Of a stretch of DNA of 64,000 bases, positions 19,049 through 28,771 are shown piece after piece (positions within the stretch are counted from its first letter, which is position 1; every line of letters starts with the position of its first letter). Origin of the DNA: Bdellovibrionia bacterium (GTDB lineage Bacteria > Bdellovibrionota > UBA1018); assembly GCA_049424145.1 (NCBI GenBank), contig JBMSSC010000001.1, forward strand, positions 1 to 64,000, written 5' to 3'. The position numbers were made by a program, and so were the translations under genes. The notes below the pieces were generated by a model. That model saw only the letters and a list, made by a program, of their open reading frames with translations, was not told where the DNA came from and ran no database searches.

Positions 19049-20037
19049 CTTCCCCGACCTCTCAGGCTTTCCAGACTCACCGATGGCTAATGCCCAGTCT
19101 GGCTCTGTGGTTGGCCAGTGCGGTTGTGGCTTTATGTTTAGGCTCCCTTCCGCTTGAACAGTGGGGTTTAATCGAGCAGGTTCGCCTCCCTCGTGTCATC
19201 TTGGCTTCTTCTGTTGGGATCGGACTTTCCGTGGCAGGAGCAGCACTGCAGTCCCTCTTTGCAAACCCCCTGTGTGATCCCTATACGTTGGGAATTTCCT
19301 CGGGTGCTGCGTTTGGCTGTGTACTGGGGGCAGTCTTAGGTCTTCCGCTCGGGTTCAGCGGTGTGGTGGGATCGGCTTTTGTCGGGGCCATGAGCTTTGC
19401 TTTGATTCTGGTTTTGATTTCCCTTCGGACTGAGCTGAAAAGCTCAACGCTCCTTTTGTGTGGAGTGATGCTTGGATTTTTAGGCACAAGTCTGGTGACA
19501 CTGGGAGTGGTGTACGCTGAAGCGGCTGGCTTTTCCGGGGGGAATGGATTTTCCTCCGGGTTCTCATCGCTGATGGGTTGGATCTTTGGGGATCTTTCAC
19601 GAGCCAGACTCTGGGAGTCGATGGGGTGTTTCATCGGGGTTCTTCTTTTTTCTGTATTGATTGGAGTGAAGGGGCCGGATTTGGATCGGTTGCTTTTGGG
19701 GGAAGAGCAGGCTGCCACCCTTGGAGTGAGTGTCGGACGCCTAAGAACTCAGATCATTCTTCTGAGCTCAGTCCTTGTTGCGCTCTGTGTGAGTTCGGCT
19801 GGCGTGATTGGCTTTATCGGGCTTGTGATCCCACATTTGGCGCGCCGAAAGGTGGGGTCGTTGCACCAACGGCTTCTTCCTCTTTGTGGAGTTTGGGGTG
19901 CAATTGCCTTAACCGCATCAGACACACTGGCTCGGATAGTGATCAAACCCTATGAGCTCCCTGTGGGCGTGGTAACTACGCTTTTGGGGGTTCCCTTCTT
20001 TTTTTGGATTCTCCTGCAGCGGGGGAGTAAAGCATGA
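19045..20037 (+). CDS. FecCD/BtuC-family ABC permease
   Basis: RLPRV, NPLCDPYTLGISSGA, GVIGFIGLVIPH, ELPVGVVT..GVPFF. Confidence 0.9.
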   Translation: MTSPTSQAFQTHRWLMPSLALWLASAVVALCLGSLPLEQWGLIEQVRLPRVILASSVGIGLSVAGAALQSLFANPLCDPYTLGISSGAAFGCVLGAVLGLPLGFSGVVGSAFVGAMSFALILVLISLRTELKSSTLLLCGVMLGFLGTSLVTLGVVYAEAAGFSGGNGFSSGFSSLMGWIFGDLSRARLWESMGCFIGVLLFSVLIGVKGPDLDRLLLGEEQAATLGVSVGRLRTQIILLSSVLVALCVSSAGVIGFIGLVIPHLARRKVGSLHQRLLPLCGVWGAIALTASDTLARIVIKPYELPVGVVTTLLGVPFFFWILLQRGSKA

Positions 20038-20846
20038 AGGCTCAGTTCCAAGTGCGGCAGTTTCGCTACGCCTTTTTGTCTCAGGCTCAATCGAGCTCAG
20101 CGTTCTCAAGTGGTCTGTCATTTGAGTTGCCCTCCTGCGCCATTACGGTTTTAGTGGGCCCCAATGGATCGGGTAAATCCACGCTCATGAAAGCAGTGGC
20201 TGGCCTCTTGCCCTTGCCTCCGCCTCACTGCTCGGCTCAGGTGGAGTTTCAGGGTGAGCATTTTTTAAACTTCTCGCCAGAAAAGCGCGCGCAAGTGGTT
20301 GCCTATGTCCCCTCTGAGATTCACACGGAGTTTCCTCTGACTGCTTATGAAGTGGTCTCCATGGGTCGTCTGTGTTGGCCGGTTCAGCGATTTTGGACTC
20401 AAGGCTCCTCTGAGGCCAGTCTCATTGCCCAAGCCATGCAGCGAGCTTTTTGTTGGGAACTTCGGGATCGAGACTTTTCCAGTCTCAGCGGAGGTGAAAA
20501 GCAGCGCGTGGCCATTGCCCGTGCTCTGGCCCAGCAGTCACCGGTTCTCTTTCTCGATGAAGCGCTGTCTCAGATGGATTTAAACCACCAGATGCAAGTG
20601 GGGGGGCTTTTAAGAGAGCTGGCCCAAAATGGGGCCAGTATTCTTTGGGTTTGTCATGATTTAAACCTTGCTTTGAGTTGGGCTCAGTTTGGGATTTTCT
20701 TAAAGGAAGGACGCCTCATTGCGCAGGGTCCTTTAGAGAGCAGTCTTCAAGTGTCCGTTTTAGAAACCCTCTACCCAGGAGTGCATTTTCGCTTGGGCAG
20801 GCACCCTGAGTCAGGAGCCCTTCAGGTGTTCACTGCAGCCCGTTAA
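20034..20846 (+). CDS. ABC transporter ATP-binding protein (BtuD/FecE-like)
   Basis: GPNGSGKST, LSGGEKQRVAIARALAQ, LFLDE, HDLNLA. Confidence 0.92.
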   Translation: MKAQFQVRQFRYAFLSQAQSSSAFSSGLSFELPSCAITVLVGPNGSGKSTLMKAVAGLLPLPPPHCSAQVEFQGEHFLNFSPEKRAQVVAYVPSEIHTEFPLTAYEVVSMGRLCWPVQRFWTQGSSEASLIAQAMQRAFCWELRDRDFSSLSGGEKQRVAIARALAQQSPVLFLDEALSQMDLNHQMQVGGLLRELAQNGASILWVCHDLNLALSWAQFGIFLKEGRLIAQGPLESSLQVSVLETLYPGVHFRLGRHPESGALQVFTAAR

Positions 20847-20902
20847 TCTGCGTCTGAGGAGCGAAGAGCGTGTCTTCCATTTTCACTTTTTTTAGGATCG
20901 GG

Positions 20903-21766
20903 TTAAAAGTAGATGGTCGCTCCTAAGTTATGGGAAAACGAAGCAATAGGAGCCGTGATGCGAGAGAAGCTGTAATCCAGCGCTAGTTTAGGGGCGATCC
21001 AGCCCAGGCCCACACCAAAGCCATCGCCTTTTTGAGTTTGAAAGGGAATCGTGGAGTTTTTAAAGGTTCCACCGCGCAAGAAAAAGTCTGAGAGCATGGG
21101 GAACTCAATTCCGGCCTGATACCCAAAAGTTTGAGGGGCGAGCGCTGGAATCCAGTGGGGATCCAGATAGAGGTTGACGATATCCATGACATTGATTTTC
21201 GTGCCCAGGATGAATTCCCGATACAGGCCAAACTCCGTTGCGGTCTCAAATAAGTTATCAATAATCAGAGCGCTTTGAATCCAGGAGGTAAAAATTCCAC
21301 TGAACGAGAGGGTTGAGTCGGCCAACCGTCTGCCCGAATCATCGTTCGGGAAAATGAATTTTCCACCCAGCCCCACACCGTACTTTTGAGCTAAAGCCTT
21401 GGAGGCCCCAATGTGCAGGAAGTGCGCCTCTTGTTTGCGAGTAAATCCAACGCCGGCTTGGAAAATCTGCTCGGTGGTGGCATCCAAAACGGAAACGTTG
21501 AGCTGATGCCCGTAGAGATCTGTTGGGCCTTGGGGTGTGGGGATCACTCCTCCTGCAAAAGATAAATAATTGATTGATAAACTATGGACCTGATTGAACG
21601 AGCCGTAAGAGGGGTTCATGTAAATGGCATCACTTAACTGGGGAGCCGCATGCCCTGCGCCTCCTAGGGCGTCTGTTCTTGGGGAGTGAAAGTCGGTTGC
21701 TAGAGCACAGGGAGCCATCCAGCTCAACCATCCAACGAGGATCATTTTCCTTATCGAGTGTTTCAT
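20903..21766 (-). CDS. Putative outer-membrane beta-barrel protein
   Basis: Signal peptide ending ALA, SPRTDALGGAG..NP N-terminus reminiscent of PorV/FadL-like barrels, amphipathic strands, terminal YF. Confidence 0.65.
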   Translation of the reverse strand: MKHSIRKMILVGWLSWMAPCALATDFHSPRTDALGGAGHAAPQLSDAIYMNPSYGSFNQVHSLSINYLSFAGGVIPTPQGPTDLYGHQLNVSVLDATTEQIFQAGVGFTRKQEAHFLHIGASKALAQKYGVGLGGKFIFPNDDSGRRLADSTLSFSGIFTSWIQSALIIDNLFETATEFGLYREFILGTKINVMDIVNLYLDPHWIPALAPQTFGYQAGIEFPMLSDFFLRGGTFKNSTIPFQTQKGDGFGVGLGWIAPKLALDYSFSRITAPIASFSHNLGATIYF

Positions 21767-21833
21767 ACGGAGTCTTTTGCTTTCAAGCGCTCGGCGTTAA
21801 ACTTCTTTACAAGTCTTTCAAATCTCGTTAAAG

Positions 21834-22220
21834 ATGTCCCCGATTATGGAATTACGCAAGGAAAAGGTAGAAAATGTGAGAAAACAGCTGCTCAGCCGAA
21901 GAGAAGCCATTGCAGCTGAACTTCGTTTAGTCACCTCGCAGCTGATTAATGATGAATCCGTCTACACGGATGCTGTGGACCAAGCGGCGGCAGAGACCGA
22001 TAAAAACTTTACTTTGCAGCTCAGGAATCGGGAACGCAAAGTGCTTTGGCAGATCGATGAAGCCATTAAACGATTGGACTCCGGTACTTTCGGTCAGTGT
22101 GAGCGATGTGAAGAGTCGATTTCCGAAGGTCGGATTGAGGCGTTTCCGTTCACTACTCTTTGCATTGATTGCAAAGCCGAGCTAGAGTCCGAGGAGCATC
22201 GGTTTCCGGGAAGAGCTTAA
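21834..22220 (+). CDS. dksA: DksA/TraR C4 zinc-finger RNA polymerase regulator
   Basis: DAVDQA coiled-coil tip, CERC..CIDC, RIEAFPFTTLC. Confidence 0.88.
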   Translation: MSPIMELRKEKVENVRKQLLSRREAIAAELRLVTSQLINDESVYTDAVDQAAAETDKNFTLQLRNRERKVLWQIDEAIKRLDSGTFGQCERCEESISEGRIEAFPFTTLCIDCKAELESEEHRFPGRA

Positions 22221-22262
22221 CAGACCCTCTCCTGAGAACTGAGTTCTGAAAGGAGAGAGAGA

Positions 22263-23168
22263 ATGTCAGCGCAGATGATTCGAAAAGCAGTGATTCCGGC
22301 AGCCGGGTGGGGCACCCGTTTTCTTCCTGCCACCAAGTCGATTCCCAAAGAGATGATTCCCATCATCGATGTTCCCATGATTCAGTACATCGTGGAGGAA
22401 GCCGTCCGAGCGGGGATTCGCGAAGTGGTTTTGGTGACTTATCGGAATAAAGAAGCCATTGAAAATCACTTTGATTACCATCATGAACTCCAAGACCATT
22501 TGGATGAAAAAGAAAAAAAAGATTTAGCTGAAGTCTCACGTTCTTTAGGGCGTTTGTGTAATCTCATTGCCATCCGTCAAAAGCAGTCCCTAGGTTTGGG
22601 CCATGCGGTTCTTTGCGCTGAACCTGTGGTGGGCAAAGAGCCTTTTGCAGTATTGTTAGGGGATGATTTAGTGGATTCCCCAGTGCCGTGTATTGGTCAA
22701 CTGATCGAAGTGGCTGAGCAGCAAAGGGCCTCCGTCGTGGGGGTAATGGAAGTGGATCCTTCGGAAGTGTTCAAGTATGGCATCGTGGGCGGACGATTCT
22801 TAAATCCCAGGCTCATGGAGGTTAATCAGCTCGTTGAAAAGCCTGCCGTGGGTCAGGCTCCCTCTTGTTTGGCGATTCCTGGGCGTTATGTGCTTTCTCC
22901 TCAAATCTTTGAGTCTTTAAGAAAAACGAAGCCTGGAAAGTTGGGGGAAATTCAGCTGACCGATGCGCTTCAGCATGGAGTGGATGCTCAAGCCACAACG
23001 GGTGAGCGTTTATTGGCCTATCAGTTTGATGGGGTGAGATATGATACAGGGGATCGTCTTGGATACCTGGATGCCACTTTAGCGTTTGCGTTAAAACGGC
23101 CCGAGCTTGCCCAGGGCGTCAAAGAGCTGATGCGAAAACACTTAGAGCAGCAAGAAAGAGGACTGTAG
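22263..23168 (+). CDS. galU: UTP-glucose-1-phosphate uridylyltransferase
   Basis: KAVIPAAGWGTRFLPATKSIPKEM, GLGHAV, LGDD, VEKP, GEIQLTDA. Confidence 0.95.
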   Translation: MSAQMIRKAVIPAAGWGTRFLPATKSIPKEMIPIIDVPMIQYIVEEAVRAGIREVVLVTYRNKEAIENHFDYHHELQDHLDEKEKKDLAEVSRSLGRLCNLIAIRQKQSLGLGHAVLCAEPVVGKEPFAVLLGDDLVDSPVPCIGQLIEVAEQQRASVVGVMEVDPSEVFKYGIVGGRFLNPRLMEVNQLVEKPAVGQAPSCLAIPGRYVLSPQIFESLRKTKPGKLGEIQLTDALQHGVDAQATTGERLLAYQFDGVRYDTGDRLGYLDATLAFALKRPELAQGVKELMRKHLEQQERGL

Positions 23169-23169
23169 G

Positions 23170-24003
23170 ATGCAAGCCCGCGTGAATCGTTGGACGGATT
23201 GCCTGGGAATCGGGCTCTCTTTTTTCCTTTGGGCGGGCCTCAGCTCTTCTGCTTGGGCCTATCTTCCTCCTTCTCAGTATTTGGTTAAAAACTGGGTCAA
23301 GCAACATGCGGGAGCCAAGACGATTCGTCTGAAGACAAAAATTACTGGGCTTCGTGAAGACGGTAGCCCGTCGGCGGTGCACTTTTCTGCATGGACCCTT
23401 TATAGCACTGAGTCAAAAAAGCTGAAAAGCTGGGCTGTCACCGATTCGGGCTCTGAGCTGTATGCGGTGGAGAAAGACGTCAGTCACCTGAGTTTGCCTA
23501 CGGTTTTATTTTTTGAATCCGATCTGAAGCTTGTGATGCAGGCTTTAGCCGATAAGCAGATTCCCGTTCGCTCCGAATCCACTTTGTTGGAGTTCAAAAC
23601 GGAAGAGGAGCGTCAGGCAGCTGAGCAGGAGTTTTTAGCTCGTTGGAACGGAGGGTTTGCTTGGGTGATTGGAAATCAAGAGTCCCGGGAGGAGGAGTCT
23701 CCTCAGCTTTGGATTCAAAAGGATTCGTTCTTGCCCGTTCGTCTTCGCTTTGAGGATCAGGCGTTTGAGGATGTTCAAATTTCAGGGTATCAACTGGTTC
23801 GCGATTTCATCTATCCCCGCTCGTTAACGCTAAAAAGCAAGTATTCCGGAGCTTCACTCCTTGAGGAAGTTCAGGAAATCAAAGTCAACCTGGATGCAGC
23901 CGCTTTGAAAAAAAACTTAAAGCCAGGCTTCTCGGATCTGGGTCAAGCTCAACCCGGTGAGCTGAAGAAATTGATTCAGACTTACTATCAAGTTTTGAGG
24001 TAG
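23170..24003 (+). CDS. Hypothetical exported protein, possibly LolA-like fold
   Basis: Signal peptide ending AWA; LWIQKDSFLPVRL resembles LolA-superfamily strands; abuts galU and priA. Confidence 0.55.
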   Translation: MQARVNRWTDCLGIGLSFFLWAGLSSSAWAYLPPSQYLVKNWVKQHAGAKTIRLKTKITGLREDGSPSAVHFSAWTLYSTESKKLKSWAVTDSGSELYAVEKDVSHLSLPTVLFFESDLKLVMQALADKQIPVRSESTLLEFKTEEERQAAEQEFLARWNGGFAWVIGNQESREEESPQLWIQKDSFLPVRLRFEDQAFEDVQISGYQLVRDFIYPRSLTLKSKYSGASLLEEVQEIKVNLDAAALKKNLKPGFSDLGQAQPGELKKLIQTYYQVLR

Positions 24004-24004
24004 T

Positions 24005-26020
24005 GTGGAGGTCGAAGCAGACCAAGGCGTTCGGGTTGCGGTTCCGAGGCCGGTTTATCAATGCTATACGTATCAAACGCCCAGCGCTCTGATTTCCCGG
24101 GTCAAAAAAGGCGTTCGCGTCCAAGTTTCTTTTGGAAAATCAAAGACCCATGCTTTTGTGATGGACGAGCCCAAACCCTTGAGTCCAGAGCTCAAGGCGA
24201 TTCCCCTGAAGGAGATCTTGGAGGTCTTAGATGAGGATCCAGTTTTTCCTTCTGATGTTTTTGAGCTCTGTCAGTGGGCGTCGGAGTACTATGCGACGCC
24301 TTTAGGCGAAGTTTTGGAGCAAGCGTACGCTCAAGGTCATGTCTCAAAAGAGTTCAAACGACCAGCCAAAGCACCCCAGCTCAGTTATGCAAAAGTCCCC
24401 AGGCTGAGTTTAAACGACGAGCAGAACGCCGCTGTGGAGGGGATCTGGAAACTGGGGCAGCAGCCTTCGTCTTTGAAAGTCGCGCTGCTGCATGGAGTCA
24501 CTGGAAGCGGAAAAACGGAAGTTTACCTGGAGCTGATTGAAAGGACGTTGAATCAAGGCCAGAGCGTTTTGGTGTTGGTGCCTGAGATTGCGTTGACCTC
24601 TCAGCTTCATAGGCGCTTTGAGGAGGGGCTGGGGGTTGCCGTTGGTCTTTGGCACTCGGCCGTTTCAGCCGGCAAGAGAAGAGATCAGCTACAGGCCATA
24701 AAAACAGGGGGGCTGAAAGTCATCGTGGGGGCTCGATCGGCGATTTTTACCCCACTTCCTCGCCTGGGCTTAATTGTGGTGGATGAGGAGCATGATCCGA
24801 CCTACAAGCAAGAGGATCGCTTGGGTTACCAAGCCAGAGATCTGGCCGTGGTTCGAGCCAAGCTCTGTGGGGCGATTGCAGTTTTAGGTTCAGCAACTCC
24901 GAGCTATGAAACCTTAGAGCGAGTGAGGCAAGGGCGATACTCGTCATTTCAGCTGACTCAGCGGGTGGCTCAAAGTAAGCTGCCTGAAATCCGATTGGTG
25001 GATTTAACTGAGGAGCCCCCGGTTGAAAATATTCAAGCGACTTTGGCCCAGAAGACTTTAAGTCAAATTCAGCAGACTTTGGCTCGCGGTGAGCAAGTGA
25101 TTCTCTATCTGAATCGCAGGGGTTTTGCAGCGTTTCTTCTTTGTGCCGATTGTAAACACGTGGAGGAATGCACCTTCTGCTCGAGCGCCTTGACGTTTCA
25201 TAAGAGGGATCGTCAACTCAAGTGCCACACCTGTGGATTGCGTCGCCCGGTGCCTGAGAGTTGCCCCAAGTGCAGCGGCTTTGAGCTTAAGCCGATTGGA
25301 GCCGGCACAGAGAGTTTAGAAGAAGAGCTTCCCCGCTTGCTTCCGGAGGTGAAGCTACTTCGGCTGGATCGGGATCAGATTACGAGTACGGGGAGGCTTC
25401 AGGCCATTTTAGATGCCTTTCGAAAGCAAGAAGCCAATCTTCTCTTAGGAACGCAGATGATCGTCAAAGGACATGACTTCCCTCGGGTGACCTTGGTGGT
25501 GGTCTTGTTAGCGGATGGATTATTTCGGTGGCCAGATTTTAGGGCTCATGAGCGAGCGATTCAGGTTTTAAAGCAAGTGGCGGGACGAGCGGGCAGGGGA
25601 GGCGCTTTAGGTCAAGTGTGGATTCAGACCTATGATGTGGATCATCCGGTTTTAAAGGTGATGGATGGTCGGGAGCCTGAGGCTGAGTTAATGGAGGCGG
25701 AACGGAGTCTGCGCCGGGAGTTGGGATATCCTCCGTTTGGACGTTTAGTGAGGCTCAGGGTGGAGCACGAGCAGGCCGGGGTGGCTCAAAAGCAGGCGCT
25801 TGAGGTGGCTCAGAGCTTAAGATCCTGGGCTTCACTTGGGGTTCAGATTCTGGGCCCTTGCGAGGCGTTTTTAGGCAAACTAGGTGGGATTTATCGATGG
25901 GACCTATTGATTAAGTCAAAGACAATTGAGGATCTCCAGAAACTCCTTCATGCCGGACGAGAGTTTGCCGCAGAGCGTAAGTTTCGTTTGATTGTGGATG
26001 TCGATCCGTATGGGATCTAA
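24005..26020 (+). CDS. priA: Primosomal protein N' helicase
   Basis: GVTGSGKTEVY, VPEIALT, DEEH, GSATPS, four CxxC pairs, GTQMIVKGHDFP, QVAGRAGR, VDVDP. Confidence 0.96.
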   Translation: MEVEADQGVRVAVPRPVYQCYTYQTPSALISRVKKGVRVQVSFGKSKTHAFVMDEPKPLSPELKAIPLKEILEVLDEDPVFPSDVFELCQWASEYYATPLGEVLEQAYAQGHVSKEFKRPAKAPQLSYAKVPRLSLNDEQNAAVEGIWKLGQQPSSLKVALLHGVTGSGKTEVYLELIERTLNQGQSVLVLVPEIALTSQLHRRFEEGLGVAVGLWHSAVSAGKRRDQLQAIKTGGLKVIVGARSAIFTPLPRLGLIVVDEEHDPTYKQEDRLGYQARDLAVVRAKLCGAIAVLGSATPSYETLERVRQGRYSSFQLTQRVAQSKLPEIRLVDLTEEPPVENIQATLAQKTLSQIQQTLARGEQVILYLNRRGFAAFLLCADCKHVEECTFCSSALTFHKRDRQLKCHTCGLRRPVPESCPKCSGFELKPIGAGTESLEEELPRLLPEVKLLRLDRDQITSTGRLQAILDAFRKQEANLLLGTQMIVKGHDFPRVTLVVVLLADGLFRWPDFRAHERAIQVLKQVAGRAGRGGALGQVWIQTYDVDHPVLKVMDGREPEAELMEAERSLRRELGYPPFGRLVRLRVEHEQAGVAQKQALEVAQSLRSWASLGVQILGPCEAFLGKLGGIYRWDLLIKSKTIEDLQKLLHAGREFAAERKFRLIVDVDPYGI

Positions 26021-26044
26021 AGCGATCTTGGATATAATGGAAAG

Positions 26045-26824
26045 ATGGAGAGTCGAAACAAAGAATCCAAGATCCCCACTGAGCTTGAAAAAGCGCTGAA
26101 TAAAAAAATCCTATCCCAGTCGGTTCGAAAACGAGTGGAAGAAGAGCAGATTCGCTTAGAGCAGGAGCGACAAAGCAAGCTTCTGGCCATGCGAATTGAG
26201 ATCGCGCGCGCGGGAATGGCTGCCTTTGAGAGGCGGGAGATGAACGATGCGGTGAAGAATTTTTTTCTTTACTTAAAGATCCTTGAGAAGACGAAAAAAA
26301 TTCCAGAAGGAACTCTATCTCCTGAGCATTTTGATAAGTCGACTGAGGCAGTGGAGATGCTCACCGTCAGTAGCATCTATTGGGACCTCGTGCGTTTGTT
26401 TGATAAGGGCACTTCGGCTGAGAAAAATAAAGAGTTTCTCAAGTTTATGGAAAAGTACCTGCTATTTTCCAAGGGGATGCCCTATGAGTCGATGTGTGCG
26501 GAAGCCGTTCGAAAGTACTTAGAAAAAGACAAAGCCGTTCACAAAGATGCCTTTCGGAATGCCTATAAAGTCTTAGGCGGAAAGACGCGGTGCTTTGTGG
26601 TGACCTCGCTCGTGGATGTCATTGAGTTTGAGACCTTATCCACGCTCCGGCAGTTTCGGGATCAGGTTTTACGGGAAAGCCCCCGGGGGAGGCGCTTCAT
26701 CGTGTGGTACTACCAACACGGCAAACACTTGGCCCAGCTCTTAGATCGATCCCCTCGTTTCATTCGGGTTCTGACCGCTCGTCTGCTCAATGCCCTGGCC
26801 GGGGTGATTCGCTGGTATCAATGA
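26045..26824 (+). CDS. Helical protein with C-terminal CFI-box-CTERM-like domain
   Basis: C-terminus RCFVVTS..LRQFRDQVL..GRRFIVWYYQHG..LA; TATAAT 6 nt before ATG. Confidence 0.75.
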   Translation: MESRNKESKIPTELEKALNKKILSQSVRKRVEEEQIRLEQERQSKLLAMRIEIARAGMAAFERREMNDAVKNFFLYLKILEKTKKIPEGTLSPEHFDKSTEAVEMLTVSSIYWDLVRLFDKGTSAEKNKEFLKFMEKYLLFSKGMPYESMCAEAVRKYLEKDKAVHKDAFRNAYKVLGGKTRCFVVTSLVDVIEFETLSTLRQFRDQVLRESPRGRRFIVWYYQHGKHLAQLLDRSPRFIRVLTARLLNALAGVIRWYQ

Positions 26825-27597
26825 AGGACTTTGCCAATTCGCTCGGGTCTAAAGGTGAACTCGTTCCAGCCAATGGAGTGGGAGGCCCAAATGAACAGGG
26901 CTTTTCCCTTCACGTTTTTCAGAGGTACAAAGCCCCAGAACCGGCTGTCATTGGATAAATCCCGATTGTCCCCCATCACAAAGAGGTTGTCCGGTGGAAC
27001 CGTGATGGGACCAAAGGACTCACTGATGTAGTTGGTCTTATCGATAAAAATGGGGTGATCGACTCCGTCTAAGTGTTCCACGTAATAATCTAAGTTCGAG
27101 GAGTTGTAGTGGGGGTTCCCCAAGGATTGAAACAGTCGATCAATTTCAGCTCCGGTGACTTGATCCCGTGCAATGGGTTTTTGATTGATGTAGAGAACTT
27201 TGTTTTTAATCTCCACCGTGTCTCCAGGCACGCCGATGACGCGCTTAATGAAGTAGAGGTCTTCGTCTTTGGGGAATTTAAAGACGACAATGTCCCCACG
27301 CTTGGGGGGGTCCCGCTGGATCACATAGATGGGGTGATCAGTGAGGTTATCGGAAAAAGGGATTTTCAGGCCGTAGGAGAATTTGTTGACAAAAATATGA
27401 TCCCCAATAAAAAGAGTCGGAATCATGGATCCTGTGGGGATTTTAAATGCCTCGATGATGCTGGAGCGGATCATCAGAATAATAAAAAGAGAGAGTCCCA
27501 GGGAAATGACGTTCTCTAGAATCCACTTTTTTGGAGATTCTTTGGGGGAAGACGAAGCAGCAGAAGATGGCGTTGAAGAATCGAGTCCTGACATCAT
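26818..27597 (-). CDS. lepB: Signal peptidase I
   Basis: IPTGSMIPTL, GDIVVF, IKRVIGVPGD, MGDNRDLSNDSRFWG. Confidence 0.96.
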   Translation of the reverse strand: MMSGLDSSTPSSAASSSPKESPKKWILENVISLGLSLFIILMIRSSIIEAFKIPTGSMIPTLFIGDHIFVNKFSYGLKIPFSDNLTDHPIYVIQRDPPKRGDIVVFKFPKDEDLYFIKRVIGVPGDTVEIKNKVLYINQKPIARDQVTGAEIDRLFQSLGNPHYNSSNLDYYVEHLDGVDHPIFIDKTNYISESFGPITVPPDNLFVMGDNRDLSNDSRFWGFVPLKNVKGKALFIWASHSIGWNEFTFRPERIGKVLH

Positions 27598-27669
27598 ATG
27601 AAAGTGACATTAACTCGAGTTGATCCTAAGTTACACTGAAATTCACAGTTTTCTGCTCTACTTTAGGGG

Positions 27670-28770
27670 GTGAATCGCTTAATCTCAGGGTTCATGAAGA
27701 CATTGGATCGGTATGTTCTTGGGATTTTCATTAAAAACCTCATGGTGGCCCTTTTGGGTCTGGGGGCCTTATTTTTTTTTCAATCCATCTTCACCGACCT
27801 TTATAATCAGAACCATCAAGCCAAGCAGATTCTCTATTACCATGCTTTGAGTATCCCGCAGATCCTGGTTCAGATGAGCCCCCCGGCGGTTTTGATGGCC
27901 ACGGTTTTAACTTTATCTGGGCTTTCTCGAACGGGAGAGTTGGTGGCGTGTTACTCGATTGGATACGGGGTTCAAGCCTTGATGGTGAGGATTTTGGCTG
28001 CGGTTTTAGTGGTCTGCTGCTTTATTCTCGTGCTTGAGGACCGGATTTTACCTCCCTTTCACAGGAAGAAAACGAGTTACTTTTGGCGCGAAATGGAGCG
28101 ACGCCCCGATTTCTTTCTCGACATCAAAAGCGACAAGGTTTGGTACCGATCGAAGAACATGATTTATAACTTACGCCTGTTTGATGCGGCCTCCAAGATG
28201 ATTCACGGAATGACCCTGTACACGTTTGATGAACAATTTAACTTGCTGCAGGTGGTGGATGCTGAAAAAGCCGTTTTCGTGGGTAAAAGCTGGAAACTCC
28301 AGAACGGCATTGTCACCTTGTTTTCAAAGGATCATTTATTCCCTCTATCTCAACGGTTTATTGAGAAAAACGTAGTGATTGCGGAGACTCCCAAAGATTT
28401 TCAGGAGATTGAAAAAGAAGTCGATGCCCTGAGATTCAAGGAGCTCAAGCAGTACATTCAGAGAATGAAGCAAGCAGGCGGTGATACGAAGTCCTTTGAA
28501 GTGAAGTACCACGCTCGCTACAGCGTTAGCTTTCTTGCTCTGGTGTTTTGTCTTTTGGCCATTCCCTTTTCTCTCTCGAGTCGAAGGCAGGAGGGGCTGG
28601 CTCGGGATTTGGTGATTTGCCTCATTCTGACCTTTTTTTATTGGCTTTTCTTCTCAGTCAGTTTATCCCTAGGATCAAAAGGCGCGATGCCTCCCTGGTT
28701 AGCGGCATGGTTACCCAGCTTTATCTTCATGATTTTGGGGGCGACGCTCATTGCGCGCAGAGTTGAATAA
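27670..28770 (+). CDS. lptG: LPS export ABC permease LptG/LptF family
   Basis: KTLDRY, LSRTGELVA, 3 TM + periplasmic + 3 TM layout, PWLAAWLP. Confidence 0.85.
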   Translation: MNRLISGFMKTLDRYVLGIFIKNLMVALLGLGALFFFQSIFTDLYNQNHQAKQILYYHALSIPQILVQMSPPAVLMATVLTLSGLSRTGELVACYSIGYGVQALMVRILAAVLVVCCFILVLEDRILPPFHRKKTSYFWREMERRPDFFLDIKSDKVWYRSKNMIYNLRLFDAASKMIHGMTLYTFDEQFNLLQVVDAEKAVFVGKSWKLQNGIVTLFSKDHLFPLSQRFIEKNVVIAETPKDFQEIEKEVDALRFKELKQYIQRMKQAGGDTKSFEVKYHARYSVSFLALVFCLLAIPFSLSSRRQEGLARDLVICLILTFFYWLFFSVSLSLGSKGAMPPWLAAWLPSFIFMILGATLIARRVE

Positions 28771-28771
28771 A

